Source: a virus
Lineage: Duplodnaviria; Caudoviricetes
Direction: 5' to 3' (one strand)
DNA length: 64,000 nt
IMG/VR virus record: IMGVR_UViG_2833436851_000001
Coordinates: 1 to 64,000 of that record
Shown here: piece after piece, positions 19,498 to 28,811 of the stretch
How positions within the stretch are numbered: the first letter of the stretch is position 1
Layout: the number at the start of each line of letters is the position of its first letter
Program-made: the position numbers and the translations under genes
The notes under the pieces: generated by a model
Seen by the model: only the letters and a program-made list of their open reading frames with translations
What the model was told of the DNA's origin: nothing
Databases searched by the model: none

Positions 19498-21567
19498 TTA
19501 CGTCATGTATGAAAAGTGAATATTGATTTCAGTGTTGTACATGCCCCGTTCGTAGATACGGACGTAGCGGCTTCCGGCATCGATGGTAAAGGACGAACCC
19601 CGGTTGTATTTATGGTCGTCGTTCCAGTGTGCCATCGTGGTGCGCAAGCCGTATTTGGGCGGCTCGACCTTATTGGGAATGACAGCGATGATGCCGCCCT
19701 CGTTGCTTCCGTCACGCCGGGCGGTGTTGATACGTCCCTGTATGCAGACGATGCTGCCGATCTGACGCACGAACAGCTTGCTGGTATCGGTTCCCGAACC
19801 GCTGTTCGACATCTGGAGCCAGCCGGTATCGAGCAGTTTGGGCTGGTAGTCGGCGGCGTAGGCAGCCCCGATATTTTTGCAGGCTAATTTACGGGCATCG
19901 TCATCGGGTAATGCGAGGTCCGACAATTTCTTATCCCGCCGCACATAGTTGTCCGCAAGGTCTTTGCTGCCGGCGGCGGCCAACCTCTCCCGAAGCATCT
20001 GCTGGGCTTGGACCGAACTTTTTCCTTGACGGACCAAAAAGGTGATGTAGTCCTGGAACAGCTCGGCAAGACGGCCGAAACGGCTGTCCGCGTCTTTCTT
20101 GGAATAGACACCCAGATTCCCGGCGGCGGTCTGCCGCTCACCCTCGTCCAGACCGTCAAGCAGGCGGTCTGCCTTTTTCCGGAGTTCGGCGGCGACCTGC
20201 GTTGTGGTGACGTATCCCTCGCTCTGGGGTGTGTCCTCCCCGGCGAAGTTGCCGCTGGCAATGGCGCTCAGTTTGTCGTAGAGTTCTTGGGTGAAATCTT
20301 TGGTCGATAGCCCCTTGCCCTCGACGGCATCCACTTTCTTATTCAGTCCGTCGATCAGGGCCTGTTGCGTGGCGTAGGTCTTGGCAATGGAGATACCGTT
20401 TACCTGCAAATCGCCCTGCACATCGACGAAGTTCTTCGGGACGAGCAGAATACCTCCTGCCGTGTTGGTGATGGAAAAATGAGGGCGTTTGTCTTCGGTA
20501 TAGCCCACAATGGCGGCTTCCGCTCCCGATAGGTCGCACCAGCGTATCACCCCGCCGAATGCGGCATCCGTCAGGACGTGGTCTGCGTCCGAGAGCGTGA
20601 TGCCATGCGCCGAATCGACGGCCAGCACGGCATGTACCGCCACCCGTTTGTCGGCTCCGCAGACCTGCAACAGCGGCAGCGTACACCGCTTGCCGTCGTA
20701 CACCTCGAAGTTCCGGAAGTAGGCCGTGCCCTCATTGTAGCCGTCGTAGTTGATGCGGACGGTTCCTTTGTCGCTACGCTCGGCGATGTTTTTCAGTTGG
20801 TTGCCCGTCAGGTAAAGCGATCCGGCACGCACCGTGTCGCTGCGCAGGTCGGACAAGGTGCAGAGCCGCTCCGTGAAAGTGGCGGCGACAACGCCCTTGC
20901 TTTCGATGATGATGCGACCTTTAAGCAGGTCGAATACGACAGCGGCGGTGGGAGTCGCATTCGTGCCGGCTTCGAGGCGGGCGACGGAGGCTTCGGAAAA
21001 GTAACCCCGCAGAATCTTTTTGCTGCCTGTCGGGGAGACCAGCAGCGAATGTTTGCTCTCGATGCCTTTCTCGACGGTCAGGGTGCCGGTCAGCAGGAGG
21101 TCTTTGCGGACGGTCTGCCTGGCAAAAGGACTGTCGGTCATCAGGGCGTAGCGGCCAAAGAATTTATCCGCCAGCCGGGGTGCATAGTCGGCCGTCACCT
21201 CGATGTACTGGGGCAAGGCTCCCGTAACGGAATCGACGGTATCGGGCACGGAACGGCCGCCCGAAGCCAGGTAGCAGGCACGGCCGCGTTTGTTGACTTC
21301 GTTGGCATAGGTGACCGACTCGTTGCTGTTTTTCTCGTAGATGTAGTACGGATACGAAGCGTCGGCACACCCCTCGAAACGGCGGATTTTATCGCCCAAC
21401 CAGACGTATCCGGGGGTAATGACGGCACCTTGGCACTGGCAGCCGGAGACGATGAAGTTGGAACAGCCGTCTAATAGGCTGCCGACGGCCAACACCATGT
21501 CCTGTAAGTTGATGATATCGTCGGCGTAGGTATAACGGCCGCCGGGTTCCGCGATGAATTCTTTCAT
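19498..21567 (-). CDS. Tail fibre/baseplate-associated structural protein
   Basis: Follows baseplate genes; KVDAVEGKGLSTKDFT and DTGW...RQIGSIVCIQG motifs seen in phage fibre proteins. Confidence 0.65.
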   Translation of the reverse strand: MKEFIAEPGGRYTYADDIINLQDMVLAVGSLLDGCSNFIVSGCQCQGAVITPGYVWLGDKIRRFEGCADASYPYYIYEKNSNESVTYANEVNKRGRACYLASGGRSVPDTVDSVTGALPQYIEVTADYAPRLADKFFGRYALMTDSPFARQTVRKDLLLTGTLTVEKGIESKHSLLVSPTGSKKILRGYFSEASVARLEAGTNATPTAAVVFDLLKGRIIIESKGVVAATFTERLCTLSDLRSDTVRAGSLYLTGNQLKNIAERSDKGTVRINYDGYNEGTAYFRNFEVYDGKRCTLPLLQVCGADKRVAVHAVLAVDSAHGITLSDADHVLTDAAFGGVIRWCDLSGAEAAIVGYTEDKRPHFSITNTAGGILLVPKNFVDVQGDLQVNGISIAKTYATQQALIDGLNKKVDAVEGKGLSTKDFTQELYDKLSAIASGNFAGEDTPQSEGYVTTTQVAAELRKKADRLLDGLDEGERQTAAGNLGVYSKKDADSRFGRLAELFQDYITFLVRQGKSSVQAQQMLRERLAAAGSKDLADNYVRRDKKLSDLALPDDDARKLACKNIGAAYAADYQPKLLDTGWLQMSNSGSGTDTSKLFVRQIGSIVCIQGRINTARRDGSNEGGIIAVIPNKVEPPKYGLRTTMAHWNDDHKYNRGSSFTIDAGSRYVRIYERGMYNTEINIHFSYMT

Positions 21568-22136
21568 GATTTCGTTTTATTGGGTTTGAGCTCTTCGCCG
21601 TCTATTTTGATCAGATAGGTCTTGCCTGCCGTGCGGTAGGTGTTCACCGCATAGGAAAGCATGTAAACAAACTCCTGCGTGGGGATGGTGATGGACGGCA
21701 CGCACACCATGAAGCTGACTTTCGCAATGGCTTTCTCTTCGATGAACAGATGGAACGGCCGGGGATTTTCATCGTCGCTATCCGTCGTGACCTGCTCACC
21801 CTCGTACCACACCGTAAACGGCCGGCCGACCGTCGCACCCTCGTGGTAGAGGTCCACGCCGAGCGGTGTGCTGTCGGTGATGTAAATGGCGTCAGAGGCG
21901 TCGCGGAAGTAGCGACGGAACCGGTAGTTCAGCCACCACTCGAACCACATCACCTGCGAGGTCATGCGCGCCTCGATCTGCCGCTCCCGTGCCCATGCGC
22001 AAAAACGGTCATTCAGGCTTTGCAGCGGCCACACGAGGCTCTGCAACAGCAGGATGTAACGCCGTCCCGACAGATAATGCGGGGTCAGGCAGTTGATGAG
22101 CCTGTCGGTTGGCAATCGGTATCTGTTATTGTCCAT
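21564..22136 (-). CDS. Baseplate protein (P2 gpI-like position)
   Basis: Position after J-like gene; YRTAGKTYLI C-terminus. Confidence 0.55.
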   Translation of the reverse strand: MDNNRYRLPTDRLINCLTPHYLSGRRYILLLQSLVWPLQSLNDRFCAWARERQIEARMTSQVMWFEWWLNYRFRRYFRDASDAIYITDSTPLGVDLYHEGATVGRPFTVWYEGEQVTTDSDDENPRPFHLFIEEKAIAKVSFMVCVPSITIPTQEFVYMLSYAVNTYRTAGKTYLIKIDGEELKPNKTKS

Positions 22137-23013
22137 CGACGCTGAGTTTTAGGGCTTGTCGGAAATTGGGTATCTGCTCTTCGTCGCCCTTCCCGGAGGA
22201 CTGGCGCAGGTATCCCGAGGCGGTATGCCGCATCCGGACGATTCGTTCCATCGGCATTAAAATACCTTCGCTGTTGTGGCAGGCTAAAAAGACACCCTGC
22301 CGGGGCGTGGCCTCTTCGTCGATCCACACGTCGGTCACATGCTCGGCCGAGCGGATGGCTTCCATGACCTTGGAGACATAGACGATGGCATTGAACTCGA
22401 TGTTCATCATGTACTCCTTCAGCTTCTCTTCGATGTTGTCGAACACCTCCGCCTCGGAGATGGCACCGTCCCAGAAGACGGAGAGCCGGGGTACCAGTAG
22501 GTCGCCAGGCAGGGAGGTAACCTCGACGCGGGTGCCGGCGAACTTGATTTTGGCGAGATAGGCGCGAATCTGCACCAGTTCCTCCTCATCTACGGCGGAC
22601 AGGTTGCCCTTGTCCCCTGTGGCGACTTTCAAGACCAGTTTGCTGTCGAGGTTCACGTCGTCGCTGCTTTCGTCATACGACACTTGCGTGATGATACGCT
22701 TGCTTTCGTCCACGGAGGCGTACCCGAAAGCCAGACCGTCTTCGCGGACGGTCAGTTCGTCGCCTTTCTGGTACTGGAGCAAGGCACGGGCGTAGTAGTC
22801 CGGAGTACCGTTGATACGTCGGTTGATGGTTTCGGAGATGTCGTAGGCGAAGACATCGAGCAGGGTCTCGAAGCTGTGGATGACGGCAGCGACCGTCCAT
22901 GTGATACCGTTCAGGATGGAGAGCTTCGAGTCGCTGGAAAACTCGTTCAGCTCCATGCGCTTGTTGCGTTCCCGGACGGCTTCATCGTATATTTCTTTCA
23001 GGGTTCGGCTCAT
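22126..23013 (-). CDS. Baseplate J-like wedge protein
   Basis: Start MSRTLKEIYDE; GTPDYY, IKFAGT motifs; synteny. Confidence 0.6.
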   Translation of the reverse strand: MSRTLKEIYDEAVRERNKRMELNEFSSDSKLSILNGITWTVAAVIHSFETLLDVFAYDISETINRRINGTPDYYARALLQYQKGDELTVREDGLAFGYASVDESKRIITQVSYDESSDDVNLDSKLVLKVATGDKGNLSAVDEEELVQIRAYLAKIKFAGTRVEVTSLPGDLLVPRLSVFWDGAISEAEVFDNIEEKLKEYMMNIEFNAIVYVSKVMEAIRSAEHVTDVWIDEEATPRQGVFLACHNSEGILMPMERIVRMRHTASGYLRQSSGKGDEEQIPNFRQALKLSVDGQ

Positions 23014-23017
23014 GGGT

Positions 23018-23959
23018 TCAAGGTTGATTGGGGATGTAACGATAGCATTTTTCAGGGGTACGGATGACCCAGGCGCCGCCTTCGTTCCAGCTCTCCTCGT
23101 GGGTGAGCAACCAAACGGCTTCCAGACCGGTGGCGGGGACACATGCACCGACCGCATCCCGCACGGGTTCCGCGTATGTGCCGGAGGGAACGACAGGCAG
23201 TGTGAGGTCGCAGCTGCGGCGGCCGTAATGATGGGTGACCAACCGGATCAGGTATTCATCGACGGCAGCACGGCTTATGTCGGCATCCGTCAGATCGAGT
23301 GTCATCAACTGCCGGCACTCCGCCAACGGTAGCAATGTTCCGCAGCTTAGGCGGCTGAGGTCCATCCGGAAGACACCGTCTAACAGAGGTACGAAGTCCA
23401 ACGGGTATGAACCGCCGCAAAGCGAGAACCGTTCGCAGCGAAGCGGCTCGGACAGACGGATGCGACGGGCACTACACGCGCTCAAATCGAGGCTCTGAAA
23501 GGTGAAGTCCCCGTAAAGGCGTACCTGCCGGGGTGTGACGACCGTGTTGTCGAAACGGTGCTCGATAAGCCGCACGGAGGAACTCAACACTACGGGTTCC
23601 AACGCGGAGTTGTCGCCCCAGTCGATTTCGGCGGTACCGCTGCCGGAAAGGGAGAAAGCCGTAGCGATTTGTGCGGCTTCCAGCGTGAACCACAGACGGC
23701 GGTTGCCAGACGGATACTTGGGATAAACGTTACGTTCTCCGCCGGCCGGTACGATTTGTTCCCGACGGTATCGGGCGACCACATCCGCGTTGATGACGAA
23801 ATCGTCCGTGTAAAAGAGCTCGTCCCCGCTGTGGAGCGTATCGGCCAGAGAGAGTGCGGGATTGCAGATCAGCAGGTCCACGATGCCCTCGATGGAACCG
23901 GTCAGGTGCAGGGCTACATCATACAGGTTCTGACCTTCGGTGACGGTATATTTACCCAT
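23018..23959 (-). CDS. LysM-like/tail X baseplate protein with extra C-terminal domain
   Basis: YTVTEGQNLYDVALHLTGSIEG N-terminus. Confidence 0.6.
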   Translation of the reverse strand: MGKYTVTEGQNLYDVALHLTGSIEGIVDLLICNPALSLADTLHSGDELFYTDDFVINADVVARYRREQIVPAGGERNVYPKYPSGNRRLWFTLEAAQIATAFSLSGSGTAEIDWGDNSALEPVVLSSSVRLIEHRFDNTVVTPRQVRLYGDFTFQSLDLSACSARRIRLSEPLRCERFSLCGGSYPLDFVPLLDGVFRMDLSRLSCGTLLPLAECRQLMTLDLTDADISRAAVDEYLIRLVTHHYGRRSCDLTLPVVPSGTYAEPVRDAVGACVPATGLEAVWLLTHEESWNEGGAWVIRTPEKCYRYIPNQP

Positions 23960-24641
23960 TCTGTTCCTCCTTTTCTTCGGTTTCTAATAAGAGTTCTCCG
24001 GTAACGGAATCCATGTAGGCGTTGATGATAACCATGTTGTCGCCCTTGAACTCGGCTTGCAGTCTGGCAGCGAGGTTGTTGTTCTCGAAGTTGCCGTGCA
24101 GGAAGTCGATCAGCCCGACTCCGGTGGTGGGATACTGGTACAGGTTTCCCGGAAAGGCTTTCAGCAGGAACACCTCGTTCTGGTATTTGGCGGCACCGAT
24201 TTCCAGATCGGTGTCGTCACCGGAATAGAGAAGCAGGCAGCCGTCCCGAAGGACAAGGTGGTAACGGCCCTCTTCATTGATGGTCTCGTATTCGGAGAGC
24301 CGTATGACCTGCGTCGCACCCTCGCTGTCCTGCAAATACACGGGAAACCAGGTGGTGTTGTTCGTGGAGTTGACGACATATTCGGGATGTCCCGTCCCGG
24401 TGTCCAAACGCAGGCGCACGAGCAGCTCCTTGTAGAGTGGCGTGTAAGGGATTTGGACGTAGAAACCCTGTTCGCCACGGCGACGCACGGTGAAGTCCGC
24501 CGGGACGGTAATCTCCCCGCGAACCCGTTTTTCGTCCTGCTCTCCCGACAGACGAAACGGGTAGAACACCTTGCCGGCCAGACCGGTCGAGGTGTTTACC
24601 TCACCCAAAGAGGGATTCATCGTGATGTCCATGCGTGCCAT
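23952..24641 (-). CDS. Baseplate wedge/sheath-initiator-like (gp25-like C-terminus)
   Basis: PGNLYQYPTTGVGL motif; synteny. Confidence 0.5.
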   Translation of the reverse strand: MARMDITMNPSLGEVNTSTGLAGKVFYPFRLSGEQDEKRVRGEITVPADFTVRRRGEQGFYVQIPYTPLYKELLVRLRLDTGTGHPEYVVNSTNNTTWFPVYLQDSEGATQVIRLSEYETINEEGRYHLVLRDGCLLLYSGDDTDLEIGAAKYQNEVFLLKAFPGNLYQYPTTGVGLIDFLHGNFENNNLAARLQAEFKGDNMVIINAYMDSVTGELLLETEEKEEQNG

Positions 24642-24812
24642 AAACAAGTATTGAAAAGCCCCGGACACAGGTGCGCCGGTACTGCGTGTTACTGATAAAG
24701 ATTAGCGACAAAAAAATAGAATGGTTTATAGATTTGCTGTGAAGTGGATTTATTATCAATTATAAGCTGAATAGTTGATTATTCTATTTCCGTTAATTAT
24801 TAAGCCTTTATA

Positions 24813-24844
24813 TTTGTTCGCATTAAGTCAAATTGTTAAATTTG
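24813..24844 (+). promoter_or_regulatory. Bacteroidota primary-sigma promoter for the SPARSA gene
   Basis: TTTG (24813-16), 20-nt spacer, TAAATTTG (24837-44): full match to the -33/-7 consensus. Confidence 0.75.
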
Positions 24845-24905
24845 CAACAGCATTTATGTTTTTATAGAAAGGATGCTGTAAGTTGAGATAAAGATTCAGT
24901 AAAAT

Positions 24906-27900
24906 ATGGACCAGCACAATTTATATTTGGATTTTGATGCTTTTATTCGTTCGTTTGTCCAGAACCGAGATACATCTTTTGCATTTCTATTAGGTGCTGG
25001 TGCATCTATTACTTCAGGAATGCCTTCTGCTAACGATTGTATATGGGATTGGAAGAAACTTATTTATTGTTCTTCCCAGTCTTCAACTCCTTCATTTATT
25101 GATCCTAAATCAGATACATGTAAAAACATCATTCAGAAATGGCTTGATAATCAAGGTAAATATCCACCTGTTGGGGATGCTCATGAATATTCCTTTTATG
25201 CGGAAAAAGCATTGCCCATTGAGGGGGATAGAGTAAAATATTTTGAGCATTTAGCTCAAGGAAAGCAACCCTATATTGGGTATAAACTTTTATGTCTTCT
25301 GAACAAATACGGCATTGTCAAATCTGTATGGTCAACTAATTTCGATGGCTTGGTTGAACGTGCGGCTCAACAAGCCAACATAACGCCTATCTGTATAAAC
25401 CTGGATTGTACTGATCGAATATATCGGACTGAAAGTAACAATGAATTACTATATATAGCTTTACATGGGGACTATAAATACACATCGTTAAAAAATACTT
25501 CCAAAGAGTTGGATAATCAACACCCGACTTTTGTGGCAGCATTGAAACGATATTTTAGCGATAAGAATCTCATAGTAATCGGTTATAGCGGTCGTGATAA
25601 ATCGCTAATGTCGGCATTAACGGAAGCATTTTCAGAAAGAGGTTCTGGACGCATATATTGGTGTGGTTATGGTTCTGATATACCACCAGAAGTGGAAACC
25701 CTATTAAAAGCTGCAAAAAATGCAAAGCGGGAAGCGTTTTATATTGATACTGACGGTTTTGATAAAACGATGCTTTCGCTGGTTATGAATAGTTTCCATT
25801 CAGACGTAGAAAAACAAAAAGAAATTATGTCTATATTGGAGAGCGTCCCTGAAGACGACAATACATCTCCATTTTCTATTCATATCACGAAGACGGACAA
25901 ATACTTGAAAAGTAATTTGTATCCCATAATCTTTCCTAAGGAACTATTTCAATTTGAGATTGAATATAAAGAAGATGAAAGACCTTGGGCTCTTTTAAGG
26001 GAGCTAACTAAAGACCAAAGTATTATAGCTGTTCCATACAAGCAAAAGGTATATGCTTTATCTACCGGTTCTGCCATTAACAATGTATTCGGATCCCGAC
26101 TCAAAAGTGATATTGAACGGATTCCTGTTTCAATAGACGATATAGAGCAAAAAAGCAGTTATAGGGAACTGTTTTTAAGAGCAATACTACAAAGTATATC
26201 GACAATTCGGGGTCTCAACGTTGATGTTAGGCATAATACACTTTGGCGACCTGATATTTTCAGGAACGATAATGGCATATTGATTCATGAAGCAATAGAA
26301 TGCTCACTTATTTTTGTGCCACAACAAAAATACGCCCTGCTTTCCTTGCGACCAACAATATATATAGAAAACCCACGCACGGTTTCAAAAGAGAAAAAGC
26401 AGGAGTATGCACGGATATATCTGGATAAAATGTGGAACCAGGCATATAGCAATAAACTTATCCAATGGGAGAATATTGTATTTGGCAATGCACGCCTTAT
26501 TTTTGAGTTCCCTCAAAATTCTGGCAGTGGATTTAAATTCCAAATAAGCAACAATAGCGGATTTTCCGAAATACAATATCAGGACAACAACGAACGAGGA
26601 TATTTTTCAAGATCGTATGATAATAGAAGAACGATTTACCGGGGACTTCAACTCAAAGAACCTGAATTAGAATTCGTAAATACATTTGCAGACAGACCTT
26701 TTTTAGATTCAAATCCTATGAGAGGATTATCTAATCATAAGCCTTATGATTCTTGGCAAAAAGATGTTTTGCCTCAAAATGTAAGACTGGGTGTGATCTG
26801 CCCTCATGCTCACACGGATAGATTCAACTCTTTTTTACAACGCTTAAACACAACCGTACAGGCAAACGATAATTCGGATTACATTCAGCCATATACAGGA
26901 TTTCACAGTATATATAAAACATTACTGGAGATTCCTGACCGCAATACAGATAAGTGGATAAAAACAGAAGATACGCCGAGAGATACGATAAGCCTTGCAC
27001 AATCAATATGTCACCAAGCCGGTAGTTTAGCAGATAAATATCCGGGAATTGTGGTTGTAATTTACATACCTACATCTTGGAGTATTCACAAACAATTCAA
27101 GCATAACAGCGAATCGTTTGATTTACACAATTATATAAAGGCTTATGCAGCTCAGCACAGTTTTACAACTCAAATTATAGAAGAAAAGACTCTGAGTGAT
27201 CCAATGGTGTGCGAAATCTGTTGGTGGTTGTCGTTAGCTTTATTTGTTAAGGCAATGCGTATCCCTTGGGCATTAGCCAGTCTTGATTCAGATACGGCGT
27301 ATGCAGGCATTGGTTATAGCGTCAAAACGAATAGTAAAGGAAAAGTGGACATCGTTTTGGGTTGTAGCCACATATACAACGCTAAAGGTCAAGGGTTAAG
27401 ATACAAATTATCAAAAGTTGAGCAACCTCAATTTGATGGGAAAAAGAATCCTTACTTAACTTATGAGGAAGCATTCAAATTTGGAATTACCATACGAGAA
27501 TTGTTCGTTAAATCTATGGATAAATTACCTCGCAGGGTTGTCATTCACAAACGAACACCATTTAGAAATGAAGAAATTGAAGGCATTACTCATGCGCTAA
27601 GTCAAGCGGGAATTAAAGACATCGACTTGATAACCATCAATTATGAATACAATGCTAAATTTATAGCACAAAGAGTTTATAACAACAATATTTCTGACGA
27701 TTCATATCCGGTATCGCGTGGAACTTGCATAAAACTGTCATCAAGAAATGCTTTACTATGGACACATGGTGTTGTTCCATCAATTCGGGGTGGACGGCGC
27801 TACTATCCCGGTGGCAGGTGTATTCCAGCTCCTCTAAAAATAACTAAGTATTATGGTAAAGGAGATCTATCTACTATTGCTTCTGAAATTATTGGATTTA

Positions 27901-28037
27901 CGAAGATGAACTGGAACTCATTCAATTTATATACGAAATTGCCAGCAACAATTGACACTTCTAATACATTGGCACAAGTAGGTAATTTACTGCATCAATA
28001 TAATGGAGCAACATACGATTATCGATATTTTATTTAG
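24906..28037 (+). CDS. Fused SIR2-APAZ-short prokaryotic Argonaute (single-chain SPARSA)
   Basis: SIR2 motifs LLGAGAS, TNFD, LHGDY, IGYSGRD; MID-PIWI (IKAYA...TTQII, AYAGIGYS, VVIHKRTPF, VSRGT, TKMNWNS, LPATI); catalytic Asp positions of PIWI substituted. Confidence 0.9.
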   Translation: MDQHNLYLDFDAFIRSFVQNRDTSFAFLLGAGASITSGMPSANDCIWDWKKLIYCSSQSSTPSFIDPKSDTCKNIIQKWLDNQGKYPPVGDAHEYSFYAEKALPIEGDRVKYFEHLAQGKQPYIGYKLLCLLNKYGIVKSVWSTNFDGLVERAAQQANITPICINLDCTDRIYRTESNNELLYIALHGDYKYTSLKNTSKELDNQHPTFVAALKRYFSDKNLIVIGYSGRDKSLMSALTEAFSERGSGRIYWCGYGSDIPPEVETLLKAAKNAKREAFYIDTDGFDKTMLSLVMNSFHSDVEKQKEIMSILESVPEDDNTSPFSIHITKTDKYLKSNLYPIIFPKELFQFEIEYKEDERPWALLRELTKDQSIIAVPYKQKVYALSTGSAINNVFGSRLKSDIERIPVSIDDIEQKSSYRELFLRAILQSISTIRGLNVDVRHNTLWRPDIFRNDNGILIHEAIECSLIFVPQQKYALLSLRPTIYIENPRTVSKEKKQEYARIYLDKMWNQAYSNKLIQWENIVFGNARLIFEFPQNSGSGFKFQISNNSGFSEIQYQDNNERGYFSRSYDNRRTIYRGLQLKEPELEFVNTFADRPFLDSNPMRGLSNHKPYDSWQKDVLPQNVRLGVICPHAHTDRFNSFLQRLNTTVQANDNSDYIQPYTGFHSIYKTLLEIPDRNTDKWIKTEDTPRDTISLAQSICHQAGSLADKYPGIVVVIYIPTSWSIHKQFKHNSESFDLHNYIKAYAAQHSFTTQIIEEKTLSDPMVCEICWWLSLALFVKAMRIPWALASLDSDTAYAGIGYSVKTNSKGKVDIVLGCSHIYNAKGQGLRYKLSKVEQPQFDGKKNPYLTYEEAFKFGITIRELFVKSMDKLPRRVVIHKRTPFRNEEIEGITHALSQAGIKDIDLITINYEYNAKFIAQRVYNNNISDDSYPVSRGTCIKLSSRNALLWTHGVVPSIRGGRRYYPGGRCIPAPLKITKYYGKGDLSTIASEIIGFTKMNWNSFNLYTKLPATIDTSNTLAQVGNLLHQYNGATYDYRYFI

Positions 28038-28045
28038 TTCTATAA

Positions 28046-28076
28046 AACATTAGTCTGGCAATGCCAGACTAATGTT
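28046..28076. terminator. Hairpin between convergent genes, probable terminator
   Basis: AACATTAGTCTGGCA-A-TGCCAGACTAATGTT, 15-bp perfect inverted repeat. Confidence 0.75.
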
Positions 28077-28105
28077 AATACGGAAATTTGTGCTGCAAAT
28101 TCATA

Positions 28106-28420
28106 CTATTTCCCGTCATAAATTTTCTCCACGACCATCCACATGTCGTCCGGCAGCTTCTCGTCCGAGATTTTCTCGCACGCCTGTTTCAGGTAGGCCA
28201 GTTCGTCGGCAGTGAAAGCGATGGACTGCGGCGTGTCTTTCTCGATGTCCCACTCGATGCGACCGTTCTCCTCATTCTCGTGCAGACCGACCGCTTCGCG
28301 CTCCTTGGCGGAGATTTCGATTTTGCGGAGAATCTCTTTCTTGGTGTTGAACTCCTTGAATGTGCCGTCTTTGGGCAGGATAACCGGAATGTAGAGCCGG
28401 TCCTTGATGTTTAATTCCAT
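28106..28420 (-). CDS. Hypothetical protein (possible fibre chaperone)
   Basis: 104 aa, downstream of the long fibre gene. Confidence 0.6.
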   Translation of the reverse strand: MELNIKDRLYIPVILPKDGTFKEFNTKKEILRKIEISAKEREAVGLHENEENGRIEWDIEKDTPQSIAFTADELAYLKQACEKISDEKLPDDMWMVVEKIYDGK

Positions 28421-28443
28421 ATTGCTGATAATTGGTTTTCGTG

Positions 28444-28746
28444 TTATTCGGTTGCTGTCTCGGCGGTAACGGCGGACTGGATCAGAGCCATAAAGTTCTC
28501 GAAGTCGGCCATCATGCCGGCAATGGACACTTCTTTGGGCAGAGAACAGAAGATTTGTCCGTTTTCGTAAGTAACGGTGCCGATAAAGACCGGAGGCGTG
28601 TCGCTGTCGGGGCGGCTTTCCGGGGTGTAAACAGTCGCCACCACCCGCTCCAATGCGTTGTCGGTGATGGTGAAGTCCAGATTGTAGAAGGCGCGGTCCG
28701 TGCGTTCCTGCGCCGTCTTTGTCGTCGTGATACGGATGATGTTCAT
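28444..28746 (-). CDS. Hypothetical protein
   Basis: Start MNIIRITTT directly after a phage promoter motif. Confidence 0.6.
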   Translation of the reverse strand: MNIIRITTTKTAQERTDRAFYNLDFTITDNALERVVATVYTPESRPDSDTPPVFIGTVTYENGQIFCSLPKEVSIAGMMADFENFMALIQSAVTAETATE

Positions 28747-28811
28747 ATAGCAGGTTTTATGAAAGAATAGCATATTAAGGAACGGAACAGGTGACAATGC
28801 TCCAAAAAAGA

